Source: Tubiluchus corallicola
Taxonomy: Eukaryota > Animalia > Priapulida
DNA length: 64,000 nt
Assembly (NCBI GenBank): GCA_030141605.1
Contig: JAQGDQ010000158.1
Location: 124,001-188,000, forward strand
Reading direction: 5' to 3'
Notes under the pieces: model-generated
Told to the model about the DNA's origin: nothing
The model's input: the letters and a program-made list of their open reading frames with translations, nothing else
Databases searched by the model: none
Translations under genes and position numbers: made by a program
Part shown: positions 30,623 through 44,245 of the stretch, piece after piece
Position numbering within the stretch: position 1 is the stretch's first letter
Layout: each line of letters begins with the position of its first letter

Positions 30623-32760
30623 TTCACATAATCCCTCGCATGTTTTTCTTGCCATTTGCGGGTTGATTTTCTTATGATCTCATTGCTCTAAAGAATCCGC
30701 ATATTTTCCCAGCACACATACGCACGTGTATTGAAAGTTACCTCACTCCTCACAGCAATCAACTTTGTGGCTAATTAATTGAAAAAAAAGGGAGGCACTG
30801 CTTTTGGCTTCGTTGTGGTATCTTCTTGATTAAGTTTCCTATTTTATTTCTTTTGTGGCTTTTTTAGATTACTTGTTTATAACGGCCAGTCAAATTCATG
30901 GTGAGTTAGCTACAAGCCATATAGCTAACCAGGCAATGTGAAAAACAAAAATCCGTCGGTCCTCTGCGTCATCAATATCCAGATATTCTAAACAAATGAG
31001 GGCAAAAATGAGGTTTCGACAAAAAATCTGAACTTGTATTATATTTACGTGGTTATAGTCAGTGTAACGCCTTGTATTTCACTTATGACTGCATTTGATT
31101 ATTTTTCCAAAACCGTATCATTGTTTTTCCAAGGGAATCAGCTTAATTTTTATGCCCATTCCACTCAGATGATCCACTGCACATTATACTAACAATATTA
31201 CGGTTTCTATTGACATGTGACCTTACTAATTATGGCAGACACTATACATATAATTAACAAAATACATTAACATGAGACGATAAAAGTTTTATTGTTTTAT
31301 TTCACATGTACATACAACTTAGAAAACAAGAATAGAAAAAATAGGAGGCCTTAAGTAGGTCTACGTATTTTACTTATGGTACAATACAGGTATAATTTGT
31401 GGTTAGTTAGACTATTAGTAGGAAACTGGCAACAGTCCGATCTCGGACTTTATTCTCGGCACTTCTTGTTAGTGACAATCACACGTGTTCACAAACACCA
31501 TAATAGAGCTTAAACAAGGCATTACTTGGAAAATTAATGTATAAATGTATATAATAACACCAACTAAGCCTATTAATAATGAAAACCCAACTTATAACAC
31601 TTAAGCAACTGTTTCATTATCGTAAAGCTATATAAGTTATAAGCGCATAGCATACACATTCGATCTGTCAGTGACAATGTGAGTGACTGGGTGTGACAAC
31701 GGCGACGGAAGGGCAGATATGTTAGCAATAATGGGCATGAAGGCAGATCGTCCTGAGATGGTCTGCACATCAAAGACCCATTTAACGGATCGTTTTGCAA
31801 ACAGCAAGCAGATATTGGGCAAATTATAATTTTATCACTGAATCGGCCTTTAAATGCGTGAGAAGGTAAATAATGTTTGCTAGATACGAGGAGGTTTAAC
31901 ATGCCTAAGAACAACAATTATTAATAAGGCTAAAAAAACCATAGTAAATCTAAAGATAACCACAGACCTTATAGAATTTTATTTATCGTATTTAATAATG
32001 AAGGGCTCTTAAATGACGAAAATTTTTAGCTAATCGCTTCTCTGCTGCGAGACCGCAGTAATAAAAGCAACATTTGCAAATAGAGTGAGAAAAATAAAAA
32101 TATAAGATGTAAATGAAAGCTAAGTGATTGAAGTACAAATGCTATTTTTAAATTTTCTCTCTGAACACCGTGCCTGATGTCTGTACGCTTGTCTATAATC
32201 ATTTGGGAGTTTGTCTGAATCATCCTTTTCAACATTGCCGTGGCATCACTATCGTCTTTGTTATCACCACCATCGTCATAACCGTTTCTACTGTCATCGC
32301 CATCATGTTAGCAATTATTTCTACTGTCATGCTCTGTCTTGCATATTTTAATGATTAAATGAGATATGGTGGTAACTGTAGGCCACATTATGAAAAGGAT
32401 ATTGTATTCGTAGTCATATTTCTTTGAAAATTGCTTCAGTGCAGCCGTCCTTATGTCCATTACCACTAATGCTTGTGTACAGCTGTCATTTCTGCACATG
32501 GATTTGGTTGATCTCGTGTAACATTGATATCTGCTGCAGCTAGGGGTGAGCATCAGACTTTTTAGGCGATTCAACGATATTGTATATCGTATGTGGATTT
32601 TGCAGAGATGCGGAACTACTCTTTACATCCAAAATAAGTGGCCCGTGCATCCCTCTGATTGAAACGTGATATTGGCAGCCGCATTCTTTTGGGTGAATAC
32701 ATCGAAAACCTACCACATCGGAGATAAATCTGCAGATGGCTCTTTAGTTTTTTATAGGTA

Positions 32761-33888
32761 CTATACCCTAGATGTGGTTTCAAATACTCGTTTTGGCAAA
32801 AAGGGACCACCATCTCTAGATCTAGTGCGGTCATTTTCTCTGGTCAAATCAAAATTTGCACTTTCTTTTAGCTTCTGCATCACCATAATGTTTCTACAAT
32901 CAACGCATCTCTTGGATTCCTCTCTCATCCTATTGTAGAAGCACTCTCTATTAGAGCGCTCCTCATCTTCATATACAGGGAATGGTTCGATTTTGTCAAA
33001 GTCCGATTCGTCTGCAGCTTTGCTTTGTGTCCTAAACTTCGAAAAATTGTTCCTCTTTTGCAGAGCACCAATACATTCATTGGCCTCTTCTGGCCCCTCG
33101 GCGTACGACAGTAATGAAGTGTCCTGAGAATGCACTGAAATCTGGCCAATGTCCTGCCTGGATTGTCGAGACATATGTAGTACTTGTCTGCAGATCATGC
33201 ACTGCGAATTTACCAAATCGCATTCACAATACACTGCTGGTGCCAACTCTGCCAAGTTTTGAACAGCAGTGAAGCGAGCGCCAGATTCTCCCTCTGCAGT
33301 TGCTTGACGACGAAGGTTTGCCCTGAGTTTTTGGGCCAATTGACGACGTGTCCGTTTATTTGCAAAGAAGCGAATGGTCAGCATGACACAGACGATAAGA
33401 ATGACGCACAACACTCCCCCGATGCTACTCCGAATAAAAGTTGAAGATACTGCGTGAGATGTTGCTGCACGGATGCAATTGTTATCACTGTCATCGCGAT
33501 TACTTAATTCATTTTTAATAGTAACACAGATGACGTATAAGGAATGTGGAGTAAGGTTACATATCTTGAAGGGCGACGCGTGAAAATAAGCATTTAGGGC
33601 ATTTGCCGACTCGCCCGCTTTGTAATATTTCACGTGAAAGCCGTCCGAGGCAATCATTTCGTTTTTCTCCACTTTTAGCACTAACTTAATGCACTTGCCG
33701 CTTTTGTCTATGACATGCACCGTGTAACTGAGCAATGAATCGTTTTTCAAAGCCACGATTTCTTCCCCATTGCTCGTCGATAAGTCTTCCCCTTTATCGC
33801 GGATCCGAGCAGCCTTGTCATGTCGTATTTTCTGCGTAGTTTCTCTTGTTGAAATGAGATCCCATTTATTTCTTCTTTCCGCTTTGAG
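32761..33888 (-). CDS. Large terminal exon of a single-pass membrane protein: FN3-like domain, TM helix, cytoplasmic tail ending in a class I PDZ-binding motif
   Basis: 377-codon open frame with exon-like composition. FN3-like signature FKICNLTPHSLYVICVTI...NNCI; hydrophobic IGGVLCVILIVCVMLTI followed by basic RFFANKRTRR; C-terminus ETTSRV*. Candidate acceptors are TTTTGCAG at 33889 and TTTGTAG at 33928. Upstream exons were not resolved. Confidence 0.75.
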   Translation of the reverse strand, partial: LKAERRNKWDLISTRETTQKIRHDKAARIRDKGEDLSTSNGEEIVALKNDSLLSYTVHVIDKSGKCIKLVLKVEKNEMIASDGFHVKYYKAGESANALNAYFHASPFKICNLTPHSLYVICVTIKNELSNRDDSDNNCIRAATSHAVSSTFIRSSIGGVLCVILIVCVMLTIRFFANKRTRRQLAQKLRANLRRQATAEGESGARFTAVQNLAELAPAVYCECDLVNSQCMICRQVLHMSRQSRQDIGQISVHSQDTSLLSYAEGPEEANECIGALQKRNNFSKFRTQSKAADESDFDKIEPFPVYEDEERSNRECFYNRMREESKRCVDCRNIMVMQKLKESANFDLTRENDRTRSRDGGPFLPKRVFETTSRV

Positions 33889-34833
33889 CTGCAAAACGTA
33901 TACATTTTTAAATCGGTCACATTCGTGCTACAAATGGCGTTTATACAATAAGTTTCAGCTTAGTTACATGCCGGCTGCGGCTTTAGTATCAAAAGGGAGC
34001 TCCTGCTTCGTCTTATCTTCAAAACGTTTTCAACAAGGATCTATGCATACAGGTTGTATTAAATCAATACTAAAATATTCCAGTTTGTCATTGACAAACA
34101 TTAACATTCAACAACATACAATCAACGTTTACTGAACTGCGCTTTAGCGACTGTCAGGTGTATCCATGGGACCCACATAGTTTCCATTAGGTAAATTGAA
34201 AAGTGTAAATTACCGATTTTCCAATTCCGCTTCTGTCAGAAATGAAAAGATCTGCAGGTATAAGCTATTTTTATTTAATGTAATAAGCTGTGTGTCGTTT
34301 ATTTTTAAAGTAAAGAGCTTTTTGAAGGAGGAATTACAGAAGCTAAGCGCAGAAGAACTTTTCGGTGAACTAAATATTCGTAGACCACTTTACTAACTAG
34401 GCAAAAGGATAAATTACTGTATCTTGTTAATAAGATTAAAAATGAGTTGTTGTTTTTTCGTTAATCAGTTGAGCCCACAGGGAAGGTGAATCAGAGATTT
34501 TTTTACCATTTAGTGCGAACATTTTATATTTCTAAGAATTTTCCATTCAAGTCACATAAGTCTTTTAAGCTGGCAAGCGTAATGTTAAGTAACATAACTT
34601 TGTGTGGAAGGTGTTTTGGGACATTTTTATAATTGTTTTTTCTTCCCCTTTAAGCGATAACTGAAGCAGCAATGTAATGCTTTTCTTTGTTTAATGGAAG
34701 CTGATTTAAAAATAATTTCTTACAAACATTTAACAAGCATTCACATTGGGTCTGCAGCGATTTAAGCGAACCTTCTTTTTTAACCATGATCAACTACATA
34801 AAATATACATGTATTTTTGTACTGTACTGTACC

Positions 34834-34834
<1 letters not shown>

Positions 34835-34924
<90 letters not shown>

Positions 34925-35099
34925 TACTCTTCTCTCTCTTCACTCTCTCTCTCGCCTTCTCTCTCTCTCTCTCTCTCTCTTCACTCTCTCTCTCGCCTTC
35001 TCTCTCTTTCTCTCCCCTCTCTCTCCTCTCTCTCTCTCTCTCGCCTTCTCTCTCTCTCTCTTCTCTCTCTCTCCCTCTCCTCTCTCTCTCTCTCTCTCT
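34835..35099. repeat. Long imperfect (CT)n microsatellite
   Basis: Direct reading; explains the SL/RE-rich spurious ORFs here. Confidence 0.95.
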
Positions 35100-37148
35100 G
35101 CATGTCCACAGTAAATAATCCGCATATCGGCAGTAAAATTAATTTTTACAACACTGAGTGAGAAATTGTAAACGGTGTTTACAAATGTTCGAAAATAATA
35201 TTCCTAAAAAAGAAAATGCAATTTGACTTCGCTTGTCTCTCTGGATATGGATAATGACTGTTAGGGATTGTCCAACAGTTAGCTGCAAACATTATGAAGT
35301 TACTTCAGACGATAAATAAAGAGTTTGTGAACATTTATTCAGAATAAAAATCTTGACGGGATTTAAAATTTTCAAACATATTATCTTTTATTGGGACGTT
35401 TACTGGGCGACTATAAATTGATGTTGCCCCTAAAAATGAGCAGTGCGAGTTTGAAAAGTAGAAGATGACTTCTTCACATTGAGGCAGCATTAATTATCAG
35501 GTCATTATCTGCCATCACGCAGCCATTTTCAAACAATGAGTCTACAGAACTGGGATTGTGAAATTATGGCTCATACTCATTCGCTTAAAATGGTACACGC
35601 AGCCACAAATAGAAGCTTTTTTACTAACTTCTTTTCTAACGGTAGACGACCATTTTTTTTCTTTTGTCTAACATCTTTTAAAAGATTATAAATTAGCTCT
35701 GTTCGTACAGCTTAGGTGCTTTAACCGAGGCATTACGAGCCAGCACTTAGCAAGTTTCATGACATATTATTATATACGGTAACGCCTCCGAAGCAGAAAC
35801 TAAGAGCAATTTCACACAGTGAATAACAGCAAATGCACTTAGGTTAATACTATATTGCTCTACCCAGTCAACAGTAGTTAAGAGATGATAATACACTGTT
35901 ATAATGCATGGCACTTTGGCTTAGTGTTAATACCAAGCTAAGCGAATAGGTTGCTAATGGGATAAAGTATCAGTTTATTCATCTTCGAGGCTGCCACTAA
36001 TGCAACTGCTTTAGATTATTGTGGCCTCCCTCCTGGCGTCAGAGGAGTGCTCCATGATACCCTCGCTGATAATGTCATTACATTCCGTTACATTGCACCA
36101 CATTACATTACATTATTGTTCATTTCATCAGCTGGGTTAAAATTATATAGAATCATAATTGTACAATTATAGCAATTCGCAAGCATATTTGCAAATATAA
36201 TTACAAGAGAATTTCTAAAGCTGCTATCACTAAAATAATAAAATGCTACACAGTGTTTTAATTACAGTTCACTGAACAAAATTGATAAAAGTCTTAATTT
36301 TTGTTATTATCGGTAATTAATTACAATTCACGATGAATAGCCTACCCAACACGTTATTGGTTGACTGCTTGTTGCGTCCAGCAGTGTCTAAAGATACAGA
36401 GTAATAAGTTTTTTTTAACAAACAGTCATTTGATCCAAGTTCCAACAAAACTTTTATATGAATCACTACACATTTTCGAGTTCATGTTTTGCGCAAAGGT
36501 TTCTCCTATCACCACCCGCAGGCGTTAGTCAGAAAGTGAAATGTGTCGGAGTAACATTACTTTATTTCTTCTGTCATTTTGAATTAATTTCTATTACACG
36601 ATCTGTAAGTTTACAATTTAGTATTTGTTTTGTTTGCTTCTCACAATGTGGAATTTTTTTAGTTTTTATACACTATATTTGTATTTAAGTGGATTGTTGT
36701 GTAATCATCACCGTGTGATTGTCGAAAGGTTGCAGATGAGAAGTTTGTATTTGAATAAAAGTTGTGTCTTTGCTTAAGTGGATGCTGGCTGTTATATTCA
36801 TTTTAAATACCCATTTTTCTTTATAGGCATACATGCACAGGAAAAGGACAAAAACTTCTAGTTATTTTTATTTCAGTTTTTCTTGCCTGATTGTTTCTCA
36901 TTGAGGAGTTGGCTTTAAACGTCATTAATTTAGTTAAAGCAAGGACAAGAAAATGATACCTGAAATAGGTTTCAGAAAAATCGCTTTAAAAATTACGTTA
37001 CTTTACAGCACACATGGTATTCGTGTTAAAAGGAATTTATCTTTGTTTTCATTTTAAATCTCCCTCAATACTGTTCCGAAGTCGCCATTACATGTGTCGC
37101 TACCCAAACGTGAATCATGGGAAGAAAAGACAATGTTAAATTACGTCT

Positions 37149-37600
37149 CAAAAAACTTTCCATGCAAATCTACATTACTTAGCATTTTGCTTACCTGTTA
37201 GAAAGACTTATGTAACTAGGAACAAAAATTGAAAATGTTTGTGCCAATTGGTAAAATGTCGCTGGCACACCCTCCATGGTGTGCCACACACTAACCATAA
37301 ACGTATTTTTAATCTTATCGACAAGATACAGTAATTTAAAATTTTACCTAATTAGCAACATATATGCTACGAATGCTCTGATTATTTTTTCGAACTTTAC
37401 TCGGTGTTATCTAAACTTATTTCAAACAACGATTGAAATGGCTGCGCCTAATGGTTATCGCGGAAGTTTAAATTTACAAGTTTTATGCAGCATTACTACC
37501 AATGCAAGTCCCGCATGTAAAAAAGCAATATGTAAGTGGTATAAAATTTCAAGACGAATATTTTAAGCTTGATGTAAGTGGAGGGTTTTCTTGTGCTTTA
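37149..37600 (+). repeat. Dispersed repeat, copy 1 (copy 2 at ~60249-60700)
   Basis: Shares AAAAAACTTTCCAT, GAAAGACTTATGTAACT, ATTATTTTT.C.AACTT and TTAAATTTACAA blocks in the same order with the copy in the PRDM12 intron. Confidence 0.7.
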
Positions 37601-39775
37601 AACATTACACAGTATTTATAAGCTAAACTGCATTTGTTTAATTAAAACTCCTCATAATGTTAGACACTTTTATAAACTGATGGACACGTGTTTTAATAAA
37701 AATATCTCCTGTTGCTAGTGTATCTGTTGTTATTGCTTATCTTCCTCTGTTGTTATTCTGTCTGCTGTTGTTCTTATTTTCTACTGTTCTTATCACATAT
37801 CGATGTGACAGCGACGACAACGATGATTACGACTATAATGTTTGTGATAATTACAATGCTATTAACGAGGAAGGGGCGAGAAACAGGAAGAAGAAACACT
37901 AAGAGAACATCACAGTTCAGATTCTCCTGAGCCACGGACTGTGTTACCATTAACTAGAAGAAAACAATACATCTTGAAGCACGTATCATTTAGAAACTTG
38001 TTTTAGTCGTTGATGCTGGATCTGCTAAAAGGCCTCAAAAAGCCTTTCTACGGCAGTTTATTATGCTCGTAAATCCTGGACCATTCGCTATGACGACAGC
38101 TTCCTATTTTATTAGTTCCACTAGTGCTCAGTGATGGTGAGGAAGAGCTCGCATCACAAGTATTACGAAGAAAGTTTTAGTAAATTATTGACATGCACGA
38201 AAGCCTGTTTTATTTCCCCTATCAATATATAATCATCTTCTCTAGTGGCTCAGTATATGTTTCTTGACATTATACCAGCAAACTATTTCATTATATTAGC
38301 GTCTTGGGATTGCAGCAGAAGCGTGTTCTCTTACGATATTTCTTTTGACGACATGTGAACGTCATTGTGATTGTAGAGAATATTATCTTTCAAAAATCTT
38401 GTTCTCAGTTCGTCAGAGAACTTTTTCATTGCTGTTCTAGAATAAAGCGCAACTTACAATTCAGCTACGTAAAGAGGAAAATACTGCCTCTATTTGATTA
38501 CATTGAGTACTTGCAAGTACTCAGTGTATTTGGTATTTTTGTACACTAATTGGATTTACCATCTGAAATTTGTTTGTTTTTTGCCGTTTCCATTACATTT
38601 GTCTTCTTGTTATCACTGACTACCACATAATAGTGTGCACGCTGTGCACTAAGTCTAATTTCTTTGTCATTTCATTGTACAGTGAAGCTGATCCAATGAA
38701 GGGCACCGAATTAAGTTCTGAACACATATTATTACAACGACATGTTTCTATCTTCGCACGCAATGGATTATGGTGACACCAGTAAAATGAAAGGGAGGTG
38801 CAGTTGTTTGCTAAAGTTTACAATTTCCACACACAAGAAATTAGTTCGTTAAGCCGATTAGCATTGGGGTTAGGATTACGATCAGGGTAAGAGTTAGGTG
38901 TATTATTAGGGTTAGGGTATTTAAACTGTGTGGGGAATTGTAAATTCCTTCCCAATTGTTAATAGCATCAGACAATAAAGCCTCTCCCGTCTTGCAGTTA
39001 GCTCAAAACATGATGGAGAAGACATTCGTCAACACGATTTCAATGTTAAGCAATTGTAAATAGTTAAATGAACTCCATGAGTGGTTTAGAACAGAAGCAG
39101 ATTCTCGCCTAGATGAATTCAGCGTTAGAAATCGAGTTCTTGTATCAGAAGAAACTGACACGTGACCGAAATCAACCCAAGTTTCAAGCCTATGCAGAAA
39201 TCCACCGTAAACTAGCAAAATAATATTAAACGTAACAGTGGAAACCATTGTTCCCGTAAACAGCCAAATCACTTTTGAAGACAGCTCAATGCACCAGTCA
39301 CTCATTTATTTATTATTTTTACATATGTACAATGTACAGAATGATTCCTATATTTTTACGTAGTTACTGTAGTGGAGTTTTGATACCTATGATCTACAAC
39401 AAGAAAATTTTTATTAAATCTAAATGCAATGTTTCAATTACACATCAGTCAATCATCATGCAGTGAGAAAAGGATTCGATGGAGTGATTCTTTGCTCATT
39501 GACCTATACTATGTTTTTGCAGTAACAATTTGTACACTTTGCACACATTAGACCAAATTATAACATATAGAATTGATAAAGAACATTGTTTTTTAGACAA
39601 AGTTTAGAATTTGTTCACAAAAATTAAAAATAATTTTTAAGGAAAGTGACTAAGATTATATTATTTATTTCTAGTCTCGTACATGGGAAAATAAAAAGTG
39701 CAAGACATACAACAAAGGGAATGTTAGCCGTTTGAGAAAAAAACGAAAGAAAAAGAAATAGAAACATACAGGCGA

Positions 39776-39896
39776 CAGAGAGAGAGAGGGAGAGGGAGGG
39801 AGGGAGAGAGAGAGAGAGGGGAGAGAGAGAGAGAAGGCGATGAGAGAGGAGAGAAAGAGAGAGTGAAGAGAGAGAGGAGAGAAAGAGAGAGAGAGA
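39776..39896. repeat. (GA)n imperfect microsatellite
   Basis: Direct reading of the sequence. Confidence 0.9.
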
Positions 39897-40116
39897 ATAA
39901 ACAGAGGCATTGAATGGCAAGAATGGAAATTTATCAATACGAGTCTACTATATTTAATTTAACAGTACAGTACAAAAATACATGTATATTATGTAGTTAG
40001 TCATGGTTAAGAAGAGGGAGAAAAGAAAGGGTTAAGAGTGACAAAGGGGGAAAGCATGAAAAAGGGTGAAGATGGAATAAAAATGAAGATGAGAAATTTG
40101 CGCTATATGTTGTTCC

Positions 40117-40119
40117 CCC

Positions 40120-40181
<62 letters not shown>

Positions 40182-40236
40182 TCACTCTCTCACTCTCTCT
40201 ATGAACGAAAGTTTGAAATAAAGAAGTAAATCAAGT

Positions 40237-40312
<76 letters not shown>

Positions 40313-40340
40313 TTTCTCTTTCCCCCTCTCTCTCTCCCTT
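40117..40340. repeat. Two (CT)n microsatellites
   Basis: Tracts at 40117-40200 and 40241-40340. Confidence 0.9.
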
Positions 40341-41084
40341 GTTCTTTAGAAAAGCTAATAACTTGGCATTGTTTCTAAGTTTCTTGTCAGTAGTGTTACT
40401 ATCATTTTTGTATGTACCACAATTGCAGAGAACTTCCCTACATACGTAGCTTGATTAAAATGCGAGTCTTGCGAGACATTAATAAATTAATTATAGCAGT
40501 TTAAATGTGGTGACAGTTATGGATATAATCATTATTAGCTTACCGCGTGTGTTCGTATTTGAATTACAGTGAACATCATTAATAAGAAAGCCACCTTGAC
40601 AGGTCTGACATTTGCCTGCATTACCATCTTTTCACATGATCATCCATCGTCTGAAACATAACAATAATAAATAATTAGTTTAGACATTTGAATTTTAGAA
40701 ACTCATTAGACCCGATGACTCTTGTTCCAGTCAGTTCAGTTCAATTCAAACTTTATTTTGGGGGCTAAGATCATATCAAATTCAAATACAAAAATGAAGT
40801 AAAATAGAATGCATTAAAAATCATAGCTGATATTTATAACATCTAGCCAATTAGCAATATTCGTGCAGTGAATTTTATATATTGCAGGTGTATTATAGGT
40901 CGCCTCATTCAAGCCATCTAGTATTTTAAGAAAAAAGTTATTTTTTCGTTTATTTAGAGGAAAGATTAGCATAGTAACCAAGACTGCTGAAACTGAGCAT
41001 TTGTGAGCACACTTTGAGTTAGTCAGCTTTTTCCTTGTCTCTTACTGTTCTATTCATTTTGTTTTAATAGTCCTATACTTTAGT

Positions 41085-41504
41085 CAGGCCTGGATTACCC
41101 CATTAGGCTAGTATGAACTGTAGCCTAAGGCCCCTCAAGCTGGAGGAGGGCATACTTTGCATTGTTGAGTAAGAATAATTCATATAACTTAAAATAAAAT
41201 TTTTGTTTTGCAAAAGTAAGCCAGGAAGTCTGAAAATACAATTTTTAAGGTAGCTCCTCGTTTGAGATAAAGGATCCCCGTTTGAGGCCTTTTATTTGAG
41301 ACAAAGTGCCTTTGTTTGAGACCCTCTATTTGAGATAAGGGCGCCTCTTTGAAATATGGGGCACCTAGCTATGCAAGTGTTGCTGAAATATATCACAAGT
41401 AAAAATACTCGAGACGAGTGCGAGCAAATTAGAGTGTAGCTCTATCTGACGGGTCCCATAATTTCATTAGCCTGGGGTTCCCAAAAGGTCATAATCCGGC
41501 CCTG
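41085..41504. mobile_element. hAT-superfamily non-autonomous element (MITE), 420 bp
   Basis: TIRs CAGGCCTGGATTA / TAATCCGGCCCTG (11/13 match). Perfect 8-bp TSD ACTTTAGT at 41077-41084 and 41505-41512. Internal ~20-bp degenerate TTTGAGA repeats. Confidence 0.85.
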
Positions 41505-42610
41505 ACTTTAGTTCTACCTTGCAAAGATGACCCCTACCTTGTCATATGAAACCTAACTGGTTTATACTCAGTGTGAATTTTCATAAATGGATGTGGGATA
41601 AGGTGCTGTAACAATTATATCTAAAAGAAATGCTGCTATAATCTTTATATTAACTAGAAAAGGTTCTTTCCGTTATAATGCTAGTGGAAGGTGGCACTGG
41701 AGTACATGGTATTAACGTATGCATTGATGTACGGGGTTGTGTTGGCACTGTAAATGGCGACTATAAAGATTGACAGGATAAATAATGCCAGTAAATACGA
41801 GCAGGCTAAATTTCAGTATTTGGCTGTAGATTAAACTAGACCGGGGCCTTTGTTTGTGAACTTTGCACGAATTTGTGATAATTAGCAAAATTAAAATGAT
41901 TTGTTTAAATTTGGTATTATTGGCATTGTTAACACTGAAATTTACTTTAACGTCCACAGAAACTTCACGAAAACGTTTTTACTGCGCAGGATTAGGAACT
42001 AAAACACTATGTGAATGTACATGCATGCCAGACGTCTTTTGGCAGAGATGCATTTGTTTACGTAGTATTCTAATTTCGGACTGAAACGTCTCAGGTATTC
42101 AGGCAGAAAGCACTAAACACCAGGAAATTTCTAGGTTTGGTTTGGTTCTGGTGGTCTAGATTTCGGACTGCTACCACGCAGTCTTTAGTTCGAATCTAGC
42201 GGCTGCCAATGGCAGCACATATACCCTACATGTTATTCGTTGTTTGTGTGTTCAGTCCTTACCTGTATTGCTGTAATTCACTAAATAGCCATTATTGCTA
42301 ATATTGTCTGTTAACGACGGTAAATAAATGATGTCTTTGTTTTTATCCTGTTTTCCCATGTGCACGATTTCGATTGCGCTGAAAAGTCAGTTCGCTGCAG
42401 TTGTGTGCCACTATTTCCATGTTGGCGTGTTCGTATTTTCTCGCAGACCGACTTTTCTGCTAACGAGTTGGGTAAAAAGACACCCGTGCATGTACATGCT
42501 GTATAAATACCATAATCATGCCCAGCAACAGATTGGAAATTTTGATGTTACTTCTCCGACGAAGACAGAGGAGTCGTTTGTTGCAATTAAGATTAACATG
42601 ACTCAGTGAT

Positions 42611-42823
42611 GAACGCAAGGGCCACAGGTTCTGAGTCCATGACATACTCAAGCAAGGACATGAGCTAGGAGCTTACTATCACCTGGTGACAAAGCTGGAA
42701 CTGGACAGTCAGAAATACCAGGAATATTCCCGTATGTCAGCAGAGAAGCTGGACTATGTACTCCAGAAGAAATTCCTGACCAGAGAGCCCATTGATACCA
42801 AACAAAGGCTGATGATTTGGCGG
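42611..42823 (+). pseudogene. PIF/Harbinger-type (HARBI1-like) transposase N-terminal relic
   Basis: Translates as ERKGHRF*VHDILKQGHELGAYYHLVTKLELDSQKYQEYSRMSAEKLDYVL...TREPIDTKQRLMIWR. This matches the recalled Harbinger pattern WVH...GxYxxLvxEL..D...Y.RMS...R.PI....RL, with W mutated to a stop. Confidence 0.7.
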
Positions 42824-44245
42824 GACCAAATGACGTTTTAATTTTGCGATTCCACGAAATACGTTATCCCGAGTGCTGAAACTCGCCAGCGTAAAAGCAA
42901 AGACAAAGACAAAAACAATATTTATTAAGCGTCGCTCATTTAACAGACCACATTAGCATTAACGACAACAACACTTACACTTGCAACGATACAGGTAAGG
43001 ACGCAACACCCAAATAACAAACAATATTTAGGGTATATGTCATGGCGTTGGCAGCTGCTTGTCTCGAACTCAAGACTGCGTGGTTGCAGTCCGAAATCTA
43101 AGCATTTCGGGCACACATCCCAGGCGCACATGGAAAGTGCGCCTTTGTCTGTCTTAGGGATCTCCTAACAAAATTAATAACTCTCAGTGAAACCTTTTCC
43201 ACTGACAACGGAAAATCGCTCATAATGGTTAGAGAAGCTGAGGTAATGTTCTGTTATCCAAGACTGGTGAATTATTGACGACATAATGATTGTGTTCTAC
43301 ATCTTCTCATCTGAAAACCTCCAGGCGCTGTTGGTATTAAACTTGAAAAATTCCAACTCTTTCAGATAAAAGTATAAATTTTGTCTTTTTCAATCCCCTT
43401 GCGCCCAAGTGCGTGCAGAAGTTTTGCTGTGAAAAACATAAAACTCTTGAAGGTTTTTGTGGCAAAGAAAATGTAGTTTTCAGAAAAAACTGATGGAAAT
43501 CGGTTAGTCTCTTAATGGCTTGTAGTATCTATAGTGGGAAGTAAGTGTTTGCTCATAGCTCTATTGCTGGAAGAGAAAGATTATGAAAAAATACTTTTCA
43601 TCCCTCTTCTGCCAGGACTTAAACTAGAGATTCCTGCTTAAAAGACATTGCCTCCATCCATTTTATCTTCTGAGAAGATCATATCTCATACATGCTTGTA
43701 AACTATTATAATTATGAAAATTAATGTTTATTATTGTTTCGATCAGTCGTGTTGGTCATAATATATTTATCTATCTATCATACGGGATTAGAATTAATCT
43801 GCTATTTACAAAGGATCTTCAGTGGGTCAGTTGATGGAGCACGCGTGTGCCTTTCAAACAGGGGTATAACGTTTGTCTTGAATAAATTATCAGAAATAAT
43901 TCGGTGATTAGTATAGGCACAAACTCCGAGGGAAAGCTTCAATAAAGCATTATCGATTTGTCCAAACTGTATTTTGCCTTTTTGTCGTGTAAACGTGTAT
44001 CTACTCGTTTATAGTGTAATGTGTGCTTATATACTAGCTTACTAAGCTGCATTGCTAATATTAAAATAACAGTTATTTACTTATAACGTCTTATTAATCG
44101 TAAATTTTGTCTAAATTTAGTTATACAGTATATGTAGGCCTATATAGAATAGCTTTATGTCATTTAGAAATGTGCGATCATCGTAATAAACACAGGAAGG
44201 ACACAGTCACCCAGAGAAAGGGGTACTTGTGAAATGAGGTATCTA

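Noticed and set aside
34746-35161. SL-rich and RE-rich ORFs (also at 39624-39937, 40038-40229, 58771-59055)
   Set aside because: These are translations of CT/GA microsatellites.
41863-42084. ORF resembling a secreted Cys-rich peptide
   Set aside because: Short, lies among transposon remnants, and has no recognisable family or splice support.
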